Notes: generated from the letters alone by a model not told the origin. Counted from the stretch's first letter, positions 1 to 10,298 are shown. The stretch: DNA of 52,332 nt from an uncultured Bacilli bacterium (GCA_944359095.1 CALVSS010000001.1:1-52332); one strand, 5' to 3'. Translations and numbers: made by a program.

Positions 1-2
1 AT

Positions 3-635
3 ATTGCTGAACATTTTTTAGAAGATGCAAAATTAATTAATACTGTTAGAAATATGTTTGGTTATACAGGATATTATAAAGGAAAAAGAGTTACTGTTTT
101 TGCATCAGGTATGGGAGTTCCTAGTATTGGAATTTACTCTTATGAACTTTATAAATTTTATAATGTAAAAAAAATAATTAGAATTGGTACTAGTGGATCT
201 TTTCATCCTGATGTAAAGATTTTAGACGTTGTTTTGTCTACAGGTGCTCGTACTAAAAGTTATTTTAGTCAATTACTTGATAATCATACTACTAATTATG
301 TTGAAGCTAGTCATATATTAAATCAGGAAATAGAAAAAGTTGCAAAAGATACTCATATTCCAGTAAAAGTTGGAAAGACTATTACTAGTGATGTTTTTGA
401 TTTGTATGCAGATAATGAAGATGTTTTTAAGTCTAATTTTCCTGGAAATGATTATTTAGCTGTTGAAATGGAAGCTTTTGGATTGTTTTATATTGCTAGA
501 AAATTAGGAAGGGAAGCTAGTTGTTTAATGACAGTTGTTGATTCTTTATATGATAAGAGAAGTTTAACTAGTGAAGAGAGAGAACAGTCATTAAATCAAA
601 TGATAGAATTAGCATTAAATTCTATTACATTATAA
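3..635 (+). CDS. deoD: purine-nucleoside phosphorylase, DeoD type; 5' end outside window
   Basis: The frame is open from base 3 (IAEHFLEDAKLINTVRNMFGYTGYYKGKRVTVFASGMGVPS...), so track ORF 54..635 is only the part after an internal Met. The GMGxPS and VEMEAFG...TVVDS blocks match the DeoD/PNP-UDP family as I remember it. Confidence 0.85.
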   Translation: MAEHFLEDAKLINTVRNMFGYTGYYKGKRVTVFASGMGVPSIGIYSYELYKFYNVKKIIRIGTSGSFHPDVKILDVVLSTGARTKSYFSQLLDNHTTNYVEASHILNQEIEKVAKDTHIPVKVGKTITSDVFDLYADNEDVFKSNFPGNDYLAVEMEAFGLFYIARKLGREASCLMTVVDSLYDKRSLTSEEREQSLNQMIELALNSITL

Positions 636-653
636 TTTTAGAAGGGGTGAAGT

Positions 654-1925
654 ATGGAATACATAAAGAAAGATTTAGGTTCTTATCAATTACATTTAAT
701 TAAAACTGATAAATTTAAAACTATTACGGTAAGAGTTTCTTTTAGAAGTCCTATTGTAAAAGAAGAAATTACTATACGTAATATTTTAAGTGATATGTTT
801 TTACAATCTAGTAGTAAATATCCTAGTAAGAGAGATTTGACAATCAAAGCACAAGACTTATATGCAGCAGATATTCAAACTTATAATTCTAGACTTGGAA
901 ATTATATTAATTTAGATGTTTATTTATCTGTTTTAAATGATAAATATACAGAACCAGGAAATTTTAATCAAGCATTACATTTTTTAAATGAAATTGTTTT
1001 TCATCCAGATGTACATCAACAAAAATTTTCAGAAGAGAAGTTAGAAATTGTTAAAAATACAATGCGTAGTAATCTTTCTTCTTTAAAAGAAGATGGTTCT
1101 AGTTATAGTTTGATGAGATTATTTGAAGAGATGGATAAAAATAGGGCTTCTTCTTATCGTATGGTTGGATATTTAGAAGACTTAGAAAAAGTAACTGGTG
1201 AATCTTTATATCAATATTATTTAAAAATGATTCATAGTGATATGGTAGATGTCTTTGTTATTGGTGATATTGATTTTAAAGAAATTACCAGTATGATACG
1301 TGAAATTATTCCTGTTAAGACGGTAAAGAAGGAGAGAGTTCCTTATCTTCTTTCTGATATACGTCCTAGAGTAAGACGACTATTTTGCAAAGAAGTTGTT
1401 GATACTTCTCAGTCTAAATTAGCAATAGGATGTCGTTGTCATGGATTAACGGATTATGAAAGAAATTATGTTTTAACTTTATATAATGTTATTTTAGGTG
1501 GTAGTGGTGATTCTAAACTATTTAAAGAAGTAAGAGAAGAAAATTCTTTATGTTATGTTATTAATTCTGTTCCTAATAAGTTAGATCGTTTATTATTAAT
1601 TAGAGCAGGGATTGATAAAGAAAATTACACTAAAACTTTAGAATTGATTGAACAAATTTTAGGAAAGATGCGTAAAGGGGACTTTGATGACCAAGAAATT
1701 AATGTTGCGAAAGAATATTATTGTACAGCCTTAGATGAAGTTTTAGATAGTCCAAATCAAATTATTAATAATTATTATATGATGGTATTAATTGGTACGG
1801 ATGATTTAGATGAAAAACGTCGTAAGATTATGGAAGTTAGTAAAGCAGATATTATAAAAGTAGCAAAGAAAATAAAGATGGATTCTGTATTTTTGTTAGA
1901 GGGTGATAGTCATGAAGAAAATTAA
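654..1925 (+). CDS. M16-family peptidase-like protein, non-catalytic subunit (no HxxEH motif)
   Basis: 423 aa with M16-like length and organisation, but no HxxEH zinc motif in the N-terminal part. AAGGGGTGA SD lies upstream of the ATG. The gene overlaps its partner M16 gene, as in YmfF/YmfH-type pairs. Confidence 0.7.
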   Translation: MEYIKKDLGSYQLHLIKTDKFKTITVRVSFRSPIVKEEITIRNILSDMFLQSSSKYPSKRDLTIKAQDLYAADIQTYNSRLGNYINLDVYLSVLNDKYTEPGNFNQALHFLNEIVFHPDVHQQKFSEEKLEIVKNTMRSNLSSLKEDGSSYSLMRLFEEMDKNRASSYRMVGYLEDLEKVTGESLYQYYLKMIHSDMVDVFVIGDIDFKEITSMIREIIPVKTVKKERVPYLLSDIRPRVRRLFCKEVVDTSQSKLAIGCRCHGLTDYERNYVLTLYNVILGGSGDSKLFKEVREENSLCYVINSVPNKLDRLLLIRAGIDKENYTKTLELIEQILGKMRKGDFDDQEINVAKEYYCTALDEVLDSPNQIINNYYMMVLIGTDDLDEKRRKIMEVSKADIIKVAKKIKMDSVFLLEGDSHEEN

Positions 1926-3192
1926 TTTAAAAGGATTAGATTTAACAGCTTATACAGAAACACTTGCGAATGGTTTAGATGTCATCTTTGTTCCTTTTGC
2001 TCATAAAGCTAATTATTTTATTAGTTATGCTACTCGTTTTGGTTCTGAAATTACTAATTTTACTCCAAGTGGAGAAAAAAAGGCTCGTAAAGTTCCTGAT
2101 GGAATTGCTCATTTCTTAGAGCATAAGATGTTCGAACAAGAATCAGGAGAAGATCCTTTTGCTTATTTTTCTAAGAGTGGTACTAATTCTAATGCTTCTA
2201 CTTCTTATAATAATACGCAATATATTTGTTATGGTACGAAGAATTTTCTTGATAATTTAAGATATTTAATACAGTTTGTTAATGCTCCTTACTATACAGA
2301 TGAAAATGTAGAAAAAGAGAAGGGAATTATTGCTGAAGAGTTAAAAATGTATGCAGATTTACCTGATGTTCAACTGGAAACTAAACTTAGAGAAAATATT
2401 TATCACGTTCATCCAAGACGTGTTGATATTGGTGGAACAGTAGAAGAAATATATAAGATAACAAAAGAAGATTTATATTTATGTTATAACAATTTCTATA
2501 GTCCTAATAATATGTTTTTATTAGTAGTTGGTAATTTTCCTATGGAAGAAGCTATGAGTGTTATTCATCAGGAATTAGATAAAAAAGAAAATGTTGAAAT
2601 GGCAACAGTAACACCAATTAAAGAAAAGAAAAGTGTTCGTAAAAAAGAAGAAACATTTACGGGTAATATTCAAGTACCAAAGATAGGTATGGGATTAAAG
2701 ATTGCAATTGAAGATTTAGAAATGGAAGATGGCTTAGAATTAGATTTATATTTAACTATGTTATCTACTATGTTATTTGGTTCTTCTTCTTTATTTAGAG
2801 AACGAGTTAGAAATGAAAAATTATTAAATAGTTTTTATACTGATTGGGATAATACAGAAGACTATAAAACATTTTTGATTTTAGCTTCTACAAATCATCC
2901 AGAAAGTTTAATTTCAGAGATTAAAGAAGAATTATTTAAACATGAATTAGATAGTAGTATGTTTGATAGAATGAAAAAAGTATGGATTGCTAACGAAGTT
3001 AAGATGGCGGATTATATTGATCCTACCGTTAATAATATCTATGATGATATGATTCGTTATCATAAAGTGATTCCTAATAAAGTAGATATGATTCGTAAAA
3101 TGGATATTAAAACATTAGAAAAGATAGTTTCTCATATTGATTTTCATAATTTAAGTGTTGTTATTATGAGGGCACAAGAAGAAAATAAGTAG
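1912..3192 (+). CDS. M16-family zinc metallopeptidase (catalytic subunit)
   Basis: HFLEHKMFE carries the inverted zincin HxxEH motif. I moved the start to ATG 1912 (MKKINLKG) behind GAGGGTG; the track start at 1903 is also possible. Confidence 0.8.
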   Translation: MKKINLKGLDLTAYTETLANGLDVIFVPFAHKANYFISYATRFGSEITNFTPSGEKKARKVPDGIAHFLEHKMFEQESGEDPFAYFSKSGTNSNASTSYNNTQYICYGTKNFLDNLRYLIQFVNAPYYTDENVEKEKGIIAEELKMYADLPDVQLETKLRENIYHVHPRRVDIGGTVEEIYKITKEDLYLCYNNFYSPNNMFLLVVGNFPMEEAMSVIHQELDKKENVEMATVTPIKEKKSVRKKEETFTGNIQVPKIGMGLKIAIEDLEMEDGLELDLYLTMLSTMLFGSSSLFRERVRNEKLLNSFYTDWDNTEDYKTFLILASTNHPESLISEIKEELFKHELDSSMFDRMKKVWIANEVKMADYIDPTVNNIYDDMIRYHKVIPNKVDMIRKMDIKTLEKIVSHIDFHNLSVVIMRAQEENK

Positions 3193-3206
3193 TTTGAGGT
3201 GGTAGT

Positions 3207-3686
3207 GTGACAGAATATAAAATTAATCCTTTTGATAAATTTAATCATGATTGGGCATTAGTAACTGCTGGTAATAAAGATTATTTTAATTCTATGACAA
3301 TCTCCTGGGGTTCCATGGGAACGTTATGGAATAAAAGTATTGTTACTATATATATTCGACCTGATCGTTATACATTTTCATTTTTAAAAGAAAATGATAC
3401 TTTTACAGTTTCTTTTTATGATGATAACTATAAAAAAGAGTTACTTATGTTTGGTAGAAACTCTGGTAGAGATATGGATAAAGTAAAAGAAAGTGGATTT
3501 ACACCACTTATATTAGAAGACGGTATTACTTATCAAGAAGCTAAAGAAACTTTGGTTTTGAAAAAAATATATATGGAACAAATGAATAAAGAATTATTTC
3601 CAGAGGATGCTTTAAAAATTTATGAAGGAAATGCTCCAGCACATTATATTATTATTGGAGAGGTTGTAAACAAAGTAGAGAAATAA
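3207..3686 (+). CDS. flavin reductase-like (flavoredoxin family) protein
   Basis: 159 aa with GTG start 6 nt after GAGGTGG. The TISWGSMGTLW...VTIYIRP pattern is typical of the small FMN-binding split-barrel flavin reductase family. Confidence 0.6.
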   Translation: MTEYKINPFDKFNHDWALVTAGNKDYFNSMTISWGSMGTLWNKSIVTIYIRPDRYTFSFLKENDTFTVSFYDDNYKKELLMFGRNSGRDMDKVKESGFTPLILEDGITYQEAKETLVLKKIYMEQMNKELFPEDALKIYEGNAPAHYIIIGEVVNKVEK

Positions 3687-3693
3687 TAAATAT

Positions 3694-3720
3694 GAGTGAT
3701 TTTTAATCACTCTTTTCTTT
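3694..3720 (+). terminator. rho-independent terminator
   Basis: GAGTGATT (3694-3701) pairs with AATCACTC (3705-3712), 3-nt loop, followed by TTTTCTTT. Confidence 0.8.
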
Positions 3721-3752
3721 TGGATTATTATCTAGAAATTCTTAAATTGCTT

Positions 3753-3761
3753 TGCTATAAT
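3753..3761 (+). promoter_or_regulatory. extended -10 promoter element TGCTATAAT
   Basis: TGnTATAAT match lying between the terminator and GTG 3783. This argues that the track ORF's first 29 codons are not translated. Confidence 0.55.
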
Positions 3762-3782
3762 ATGAGTAGTGAGGTGAAGTGT

Positions 3783-5018
3783 GTGAGGAAGGTTGCGATA
3801 ATTGGTGCTGGTGCTAGTGGATTAATGTGTGCAATTCATGCTGTTAGTTCTACTGTTCAGGTGGTTTTATTTGATAAGAATAGTTTTAGTGGGAAAAAGA
3901 TATTAGTTACTGGAAATGGTCGTTGTAATTATTGGAATAGTAATCAAGATTTAAAGTTTTATCATAGTAGTGATTCTTATTTATTATCTGATATTATTAC
4001 TCCTAGGATTCAAAAAGAAGTACTTGCCTTTTTTGAGTCTATAGGTGTTGTCCCTAATATTCGAGATGGCTATTATTATCCATACTCTAATCAAGCTAGT
4101 AGTATTCGTGATTTACTAGAAAATAAAGCAAAAGAACTTGGTGTTATTTTCGCTTTTCAGACGGAAGTCTTGGATACTTTTAAAGAAAATAATCAGTTTG
4201 TCGTTTGTACTAATGATGGTAGAGAATACTTTGATGATTTAGTTATCGCAACTGGTTCTAAAGCTAGTCCTAAGACTGGTTCTACAGGGGATGGGTATAC
4301 TTTTGCTGAAAAGTTTGGTCATACTATCGTACCTGTTCGTCCTTCTCTTGTACAATTAGTTACGGATGGTAAATTTTTAAAAGATTGGGCAGGAGTTCGT
4401 TCACAAGCTACTGTTTCTTTATATGAAGATGGAAAATTTTTAGATCAAGAGACTGGAGAAGTTCAATTAACAGATTATGGGGTTAGTGGTATTTGTATTT
4501 TTAATTTAAGTCATTATATTTCTTTTGATAAAAAATATACGTTAAAGATTTGTTTTTTACCATTTTTAGATAAAAGTTCTGTAATTTCTTTTTTTCATAA
4601 AAGAAATGAAGATTTAGGAGATGTTTCTTTAACTTATTTTTTAGAGGGAATCTTACCTTTTAAATTGTTACAAGTTATTTTAAAGAGAGTTGGTGTTTCT
4701 CATCATGCAACTTTTTCTAGTTTATCTTCTAGTAAGCAAGAAGAGTTAATTTCTATGATTATGGAATTTCCTGTTACTGTTTTAGGTACAAAAGGATTTG
4801 ATTCTTGTCAAGTATGTAGTGGTGGTGTTTGCCTTTCTGAAGTTAGTTTGACATTAGAATCTAAGTTAGTTCCTCATTTATATTTTATTGGGGAAGTTTT
4901 AGATGTTGATGGTAATTGTGGTGGCTATAATTTAGGATTTGCATTTATGTCAGGAATAATTGTTGGTAAAGTTTTACGAGGTGATAAGAATGATTCGAAT
5001 TCGTCAAATAAAGATTAA
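3783..5018 (+). CDS. NAD(P)/FAD-dependent oxidoreductase, HI0933/BaiN-like family
   Basis: VAIIGAGASGL dinucleotide-binding motif and ILVTGNGRCNYWN (the family's GGGRCN block). Start set at GTG 3783, 6 nt after GAGGTG. Track ORF 3696 begins inside the upstream terminator. Confidence 0.75.
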   Translation: MRKVAIIGAGASGLMCAIHAVSSTVQVVLFDKNSFSGKKILVTGNGRCNYWNSNQDLKFYHSSDSYLLSDIITPRIQKEVLAFFESIGVVPNIRDGYYYPYSNQASSIRDLLENKAKELGVIFAFQTEVLDTFKENNQFVVCTNDGREYFDDLVIATGSKASPKTGSTGDGYTFAEKFGHTIVPVRPSLVQLVTDGKFLKDWAGVRSQATVSLYEDGKFLDQETGEVQLTDYGVSGICIFNLSHYISFDKKYTLKICFLPFLDKSSVISFFHKRNEDLGDVSLTYFLEGILPFKLLQVILKRVGVSHHATFSSLSSSKQEELISMIMEFPVTVLGTKGFDSCQVCSGGVCLSEVSLTLESKLVPHLYFIGEVLDVDGNCGGYNLGFAFMSGIIVGKVLRGDKNDSNSSNKD

Positions 5019-6576
5019 GTTGGGAGAAGAAGATTCTTTAAAGAAAGTTATTTCTAGAAAATTAAAGATTTCTGAACGTGATATTTTGGATATTGTTATT
5101 CAGAAAAAATCATTAGATGCTAGATGTAAAGATGATATTCATTATGTTTATGAAGTGGATGTTAAAATTCCTTTTCAAGATAAAGTTTTAAAAAGATGTA
5201 AGTCTAAAGATATTTTTACTTCTCCTAAAGAAGAGTATCAAAGACCAGTTGCTGGTAATCTAGTATTAAATAATCGACCTATTATTGTAGGAAGTGGTCC
5301 TGCTGGACTTTTTTGTGCTTATTCTTTAGCAGAAGCTGGATATTGTCCTATTATTATTGAACGTGGTGAAAAAATAGAAGAAAGAGTTATTCGTGTTTCT
5401 AAATTTTGGGATGAGGGTATTTTAAATCCTAATTCTAATGTGCAATTTGGAGAAGGTGGTGCTGGTACTTTTTCTGATGGTAAATTGAATACGATGGTAA
5501 AAGATAAATATTTTCGTGGTAAAAGAGTTTTTGAAATTTTTGTTGAGCATGGAGCACCTAAAGAAATTATGTATTTGAATAAACCTCATATTGGTACTGA
5601 TTTATTACAAGGTATTATTAAGAATATTAGAGAATCTATTATACGTATGGGAGGAGAATTTTTATATTCTACTTGTCTTACTGATCTTGTGATTCAAGAT
5701 GGTAAAATTACTGGTATTGAAATTAATGGTGAAAAGACTATTCCTTGTTCTGTTTTAGTGTTAGCACTAGGTCATAGTGCGAGAGATACTTTTTTTATGC
5801 TTTATCAACGTGGTCTTGTGATGCAAGCTAAAAGTTTTGCTGTTGGGGTAAGAATTCAACATCCGCAAGAAATGATTCAAATGGGGCAATATGGTACTTT
5901 AGATTCTAGACTTCCTGTTGCAGATTATAAGCTTACTTATACAACAAAAGAGTCAAAAGGAGTTTATTCATTTTGTATGTGTCCTGGAGGATATGTTGTT
6001 AATAGTTCTTCTGAAGAACATTGTTTAGCAATTAATGGAATGAGTTATCATGCTAGAGATAGTAAAAATGCTAATAGTGCTTTAGTTGTTACAGTTAGTC
6101 CAGAAGACTTTGGAAATCATCCTTTAGATGGTATTTCTTTTCAAAGAAAATTAGAAAGAGCTGCGTATGTTGCTGGAAGTGGTAAAATCCCTATTCAATT
6201 ATATGAGGACTTTAAACGAAATGTATGTTCTAAATCTTTTGGGAATGTTTTACCAGTGATGAAAGGAAAATATCAATTTGCTAATTTAAATGAAGTATTA
6301 CCAGATTTTATTTGTTCTTCTATTTGTGAAGCTATGCCTATCTTTGGTAAAAAAATTGCTGGATTTGATAGAGATGATGCCATTCTTGCTGGTGTTGAAA
6401 GTAGAACTTCTTCTCCTGTTAGAATTCTTCGTGATGAGTTTGGTGAAGCCAATATTTCAGGTATTTATCCTAGTGGAGAGGGTAGTGGTTATGCTGGAGG
6501 TATTACAACAGCTGCTATGGATGGAATTAAAGTTAGTGAATGGATTATATCGAAATATCGTCCATGGAATTCTTAA
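4990..6576 (+). CDS. FAD-dependent protein (COG2509-like oxidoreductase)
   Basis: IIVGSGPAGLFCAYSLAEAG Rossmann motif and FGEGGAGTFSDGKL block. ATG 4990 lies 7 nt after GAGGTG. Overlaps the previous gene by 29 nt. Confidence 0.7.
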   Translation: MIRIRQIKIKLGEEDSLKKVISRKLKISERDILDIVIQKKSLDARCKDDIHYVYEVDVKIPFQDKVLKRCKSKDIFTSPKEEYQRPVAGNLVLNNRPIIVGSGPAGLFCAYSLAEAGYCPIIIERGEKIEERVIRVSKFWDEGILNPNSNVQFGEGGAGTFSDGKLNTMVKDKYFRGKRVFEIFVEHGAPKEIMYLNKPHIGTDLLQGIIKNIRESIIRMGGEFLYSTCLTDLVIQDGKITGIEINGEKTIPCSVLVLALGHSARDTFFMLYQRGLVMQAKSFAVGVRIQHPQEMIQMGQYGTLDSRLPVADYKLTYTTKESKGVYSFCMCPGGYVVNSSSEEHCLAINGMSYHARDSKNANSALVVTVSPEDFGNHPLDGISFQRKLERAAYVAGSGKIPIQLYEDFKRNVCSKSFGNVLPVMKGKYQFANLNEVLPDFICSSICEAMPIFGKKIAGFDRDDAILAGVESRTSSPVRILRDEFGEANISGIYPSGEGSGYAGGITTAAMDGIKVSEWIISKYRPWNS

Positions 6577-6587
6577 CTTCTTTGTCT

Positions 6588-6616
6588 AAGATAGAATTAC
6601 TTCTATCTTTTCTTTT
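6588..6616 (+). terminator. rho-independent terminator
   Basis: AAGATAGAA (6588-6596) pairs with TTCTATCTT (6601-6609), loop TTAC, then a T-rich run. Confidence 0.85.
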
Positions 6617-6623
6617 GTGTTTT

Positions 6624-6632
6624 TGATATAAT
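6624..6632 (+). promoter_or_regulatory. extended -10 element TGATATAAT upstream of lepA
   Basis: TGnTATAAT directly abuts track ATG 6633, so that ATG cannot be the start codon. Confidence 0.55.
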
Positions 6633-6653
6633 ATGTATATTGGAAGCAAGTTT

Positions 6654-8447
6654 ATGAAACAAGAAAATATCAGAAATTTTTGTATTATAGCACATATTGA
6701 TCATGGTAAAAGTACACTTGCTGATCGTATATTGGAAAAAACAGGGGCAATATCTAAAAGAGAATTAAAAGACCAAATGTTAGATTCTATGGATATTGAA
6801 AGAGAACGTGGTATTACTATTAAGTTGAATGCTGTGCAACTTTTATATCATCATCAAGGCGAGGATTATTATCTTCATTTAATTGATACTCCTGGTCATG
6901 TAGATTTTTCTTATGAGGTATCTCGTAGTTTAGCAGCTTGTGAGGGATCCTTACTAGTTGTTGATGCAGCGCAGGGAGTGGAAGCTCAGACTTTAGCTAA
7001 TTTATATTTGGCTCTTGATAATAATTTGACAGTGATTCCTGTTGTTAATAAAATTGATTTACCGAGTGCTGATTTGGATAAGGTTTCTACTGAACTTGAA
7101 AATATTGGCTTTTCTCGTGATGAAATTATTTATACTAGTGCGAAAACTGGGGAAGGTATTGATGAACTTTTGGATGCTATTATTCAAAGGATTCCAGCTC
7201 CTAAAGGTGATGTTAGTGCACCATTAAAAGCATTAATTTTTGATAGTTTATTTGATTCTTATCGTGGTGTTATTATTAGTATTCGTGTTATGGATGGAGA
7301 AATTAAAGTTCATGATATGATGAAAATGATGGAGACGGGTGCTACTTATGAAGTCGTTGGATTATCCATTGATACTCCAAAAGAAAAACATATTACTTCT
7401 TTAAAAGCGGGAGAAGTTGGTTATGTTTATGCATCTATTAAGAGTATTAGTGATGTTTTTGTAGGAGATACAATTACTTTAGAGAATCGTCCAGCAACTG
7501 ATGCTTTACCTGGTTATAAACCAATGAAACCGATGGTTTATTGTGGACTTTATCCTATAGAATCTAATAAGTTTGAAGATTTAAGAGAAGCTTTAGAAAA
7601 ATTAAAATTAAACGATGCCTCTTTATCTTTTGAACCGGAGACATCTAAAGCTCTTGGTTTTGGTTTTCGATGTGGTTTTTTAGGACTTTTACATATGGAA
7701 ATTATTGAAGAACGTATCGAAAGAGAATTTGGTATTGATTTAATTGCCACTTCTCCATCAGTTGTCTATGAAGTTGTTTTAACAGATGGAACTACGGTTA
7801 TGGTTGATTCTCCATCTAAAATGCCAAAGAGAGAACTTATTTCAAAGACGTTAGAGCCTTATGTTAAAACTAGTATTTTTACACCAAGTGATTATATTGG
7901 ACCTATTATGGAATTATGTCAGGATAAACGTGGTACTTTTCTTAATATGGATTACCTTGATCAAACTAGAGTAACCATTCATTATGAATTACCACTTTCA
8001 GAAATTGTTTATGACTTTTTTGATAAATTAAAATCATATACTAAGGGTTATGCTTCTTTTGATTATGAACTTATTGGTTATAAACAAAGTAATTTAGTAA
8101 AGATGGATATTTTATTAAATGGGGAAATTGTTGATGCTTTATCAGTTATTGTACATAAAGATTTTGCTTATAATCGTGGTAAAGTAGTAGTTGAAAAGTT
8201 AAAAGAAATTATTCCAAGGCAGATGTTTGAAGTACCAATTCAAGCAGCGATTGGAACTCATGTAATTGCTAGAACAGATATTAAAGCTTTACGTAAAAAT
8301 GTATTAGCTAAATGTTATGGTGGAGATGTTACTCGTAAGAAAAAGCTTTTAGAAAAGCAAAAAGAAGGTAAGAAGCGAATGAAAAAGATTGGTAGTGTAG
8401 AAGTTCCACAAGAAGCTTTTTTATCTATTTTAGCAACTGATAAATAG
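6654..8447 (+). CDS. lepA: elongation factor 4 (LepA)
   Basis: [23 protein letters not shown] and NKIDL GTPase motifs. Full-length LepA-like C-terminus (...[18 protein letters not shown]). Confidence 0.95.
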   Translation: MKQENIRNFCIIAHIDHGKSTLADRILEKTGAISKRELKDQMLDSMDIERERGITIKLNAVQLLYHHQGEDYYLHLIDTPGHVDFSYEVSRSLAACEGSLLVVDAAQGVEAQTLANLYLALDNNLTVIPVVNKIDLPSADLDKVSTELENIGFSRDEIIYTSAKTGEGIDELLDAIIQRIPAPKGDVSAPLKALIFDSLFDSYRGVIISIRVMDGEIKVHDMMKMMETGATYEVVGLSIDTPKEKHITSLKAGEVGYVYASIKSISDVFVGDTITLENRPATDALPGYKPMKPMVYCGLYPIESNKFEDLREALEKLKLNDASLSFEPETSKALGFGFRCGFLGLLHMEIIEERIEREFGIDLIATSPSVVYEVVLTDGTTVMVDSPSKMPKRELISKTLEPYVKTSIFTPSDYIGPIMELCQDKRGTFLNMDYLDQTRVTIHYELPLSEIVYDFFDKLKSYTKGYASFDYELIGYKQSNLVKMDILLNGEIVDALSVIVHKDFAYNRGKVVVEKLKEIIPRQMFEVPIQAAIGTHVIARTDIKALRKNVLAKCYGGDVTRKKKLLEKQKEGKKRMKKIGSVEVPQEAFLSILATDK

Positions 8448-8457
8448 GAGGATTTTT

Positions 8458-9201
8458 ATGAATAATGGAATATCAGAAAAAGAAAAAAAGGTTGTTGATT
8501 ATTTTTTAGAGCATCCTGATGCTTATATTAGTGAAGTTGTGAAAGCAACAGGAATCTCTAAATCATCTGTTCAACGTTATTTGCAAAAGTACGGAGATAC
8601 TTACATTCATAGTTTAAATAAAACTATTAAAGATCAATTAAAAGAGAATAAAACACGTGGTCAAAGACTTGGTGGTATTCATTCTTTCCAAAATAATGAT
8701 TTTGTTAAAGATGATGCTGGTCATTTTGTTGGTAATGTTGTGTCTACAGCAACTTATGATAAGGAAAGTAAAAAAAGAGAAGACATCGTTAGAATTGTTA
8801 CCTATTATTTAAATAATAAGACAATAACATTAAATGATTTAGCTAATGTATTTTCAGAATTATATGGATATAGTAGAGACTATGTTTATGACTGTCTATT
8901 AGATACTCGTGTAAGTGAAATTTTAGGTGATGAAAAGGCTAAGGAAGTAGAGGAGAGCTTATCTAATAATAGAAATACTTTCTTAAGAAAAATTTCAGAT
9001 TTAGGTCTTACTTTAGAAAATATTAATCAAGATTTTGGACTTACTGAGTTAGAACGTAAGGTATTTGATGAAAGATTTTTCTCTCCAGATACGTCCCTTA
9101 CTTCTATGGAAGAAAAGTTTCAAATGTCTAAGTCTGCTTTATTAAAACATGAGAATAAGGCTATCGCTAAAATAGAAAAAGGTTTAGGAAGAAACAAATA
9201 G
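8458..9201 (+). CDS. two-HTH regulator: SpoIIID-like N-terminal HTH plus sigma-70 region-4-like C-terminal HTH
   Basis: GISKSSVQRYL...IKDQLKENKTRGQRLGG resembles B. subtilis SpoIIID (GVSKSTVHKDL...HKSIRHLRGG, from memory). The C-terminal LTELERKVFDERFF...MSKSALLKHENKAIAKI looks like sigma region 4. GGAGG SD present. Confidence 0.5.
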   Translation: MNNGISEKEKKVVDYFLEHPDAYISEVVKATGISKSSVQRYLQKYGDTYIHSLNKTIKDQLKENKTRGQRLGGIHSFQNNDFVKDDAGHFVGNVVSTATYDKESKKREDIVRIVTYYLNNKTITLNDLANVFSELYGYSRDYVYDCLLDTRVSEILGDEKAKEVEESLSNNRNTFLRKISDLGLTLENINQDFGLTELERKVFDERFFSPDTSLTSMEEKFQMSKSALLKHENKAIAKIEKGLGRNK

Positions 9202-10298
9202 TGGTAAAGAGTTGTTATATTCATATTCCGTTTTGTAAAAAGATTTGTAGTTATTGTGACTTTTGCAAGTTGTTTTATAGTACTCATTATGTAGATAAGT
9301 ATTTAGATACTTTAAAAGAAGAAATTCATAATTATTATCATGGTGAAATATTAGATACTATTTATATAGGTGGTGGAACTCCTAGTAGTTTATCTATGGA
9401 TGAGTTAAAAAAATTATTTTCTATTTTGTCTATATTAAAAAAAAGTGATTCTTGTGAAGTTACTATGGAAGCCAATTTTGATAGTATTACTAAAGAAAAA
9501 ATAGATTTATTTCAAAAATTTGGGGGAAATCGTATTAGTTTTGGTTTAGAGACCACACACTCTTGGATTTTAGAAAAGATGAGAAGAAGTTTAGATTTAG
9601 ATTATGTGAAATCTATTATTTCTTATTGTAAAGAAATTGGTTTAGATAATATTAATATCGATTTAATGTATGCTTTTCCTGAGGAGACTTTAGAAGATGT
9701 TAGTTTGGATCTTTCTTTTATTCTTAGTTTAGATGTTTTCCATATTTCTACTTATTCGTTAATTTTAGAAGAGCATACAAAGTTATATATTGAAGGTGAG
9801 AAAAATATTTCTGAAGATTTAGATTATGAAATGTATCAACTCATTTGTTCTAAATTAAGTAACTATGATCATTATGAAATTAGTAATTTTGCGAAAGACG
9901 GTTATTATTCGAAACATAATTTTTGTTATTGGCGTAATGAGGAATATTATGGTTTTGGTCTAGGAGCAAGTGGTTATATCGATGATGTTCGTTATAGTAA
10001 TACTAGAAGTATTAGTCATTATTTACAAAAAAAGTTTCATAATTTAGAAGAAAATCTTTCTAAATATGATAAAATGGAGTATGAGGTTATTTTAAATTTA
10101 AGAACTCAGTTTGGAATTTCTAAGGATAAGTTTTTTAGGATATATCATTGTCATTTAGAAGATGTTTATGATATTTCTTCTTTACTATCTGATGGATATT
10201 TGGTTGATGATGGTAAAAGTATTTCTATTCCTAAAAAATATTGGTATCTTAGTAATGAAATTTTGGTTAAGATTTTGGAGGTGTATCGAGATGAATAA
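9201..10298 (+). CDS. hemW: radical SAM heme chaperone HemW (HemN-like, oxygen-independent coproporphyrinogen oxidase family)
   Basis: CKKICSYCDFC is the CxxxCxxC radical SAM motif. 365 aa. Conserved position after lepA in Bacillota. GTG start overlaps the upstream stop. Confidence 0.85.
   Translation: MVKSCYIHIPFCKKICSYCDFCKLFYSTHYVDKYLDTLKEEIHNYYHGEILDTIYIGGGTPSSLSMDELKKLFSILSILKKSDSCEVTMEANFDSITKEKIDLFQKFGGNRISFGLETTHSWILEKMRRSLDLDYVKSIISYCKEIGLDNINIDLMYAFPEETLEDVSLDLSFILSLDVFHISTYSLILEEHTKLYIEGEKNISEDLDYEMYQLICSKLSNYDHYEISNFAKDGYYSKHNFCYWRNEEYYGFGLGASGYIDDVRYSNTRSISHYLQKKFHNLEENLSKYDKMEYEVILNLRTQFGISKDKFFRIYHCHLEDVYDISSLLSDGYLVDDGKSISIPKKYWYLSNEILVKILEVYRDE

Noticed and set aside
3696-3782. 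N-terminal extensions in track ORFs: 3696, 4960, 6633, 10162, 16525, 17294, 19239, 21005, 23702, 25709, 34224, 37346, 41030 and 50141.
   Set aside because: In each case an internal ATG or GTG has a properly spaced SD. The extension overlaps a terminator, a -10 element or the upstream gene, so I trimmed the starts.
6290-6589. Track ORF 6290..6589 overlapping the 3' end of the FAD-dependent protein gene in another frame.
   Set aside because: It is an out-of-frame overlap with a well-supported gene, has no SD, and gives a Leu/Val/Phe-rich nonsense translation typical of AT-rich alternative frames. The same reasoning applies to 7042..7227, 7550..7750, 16425..16610, 18841..19038, 28973..29176, 31817..32131, 36260..36472, 40617..40826, 42088..42309 and 44817..45080.
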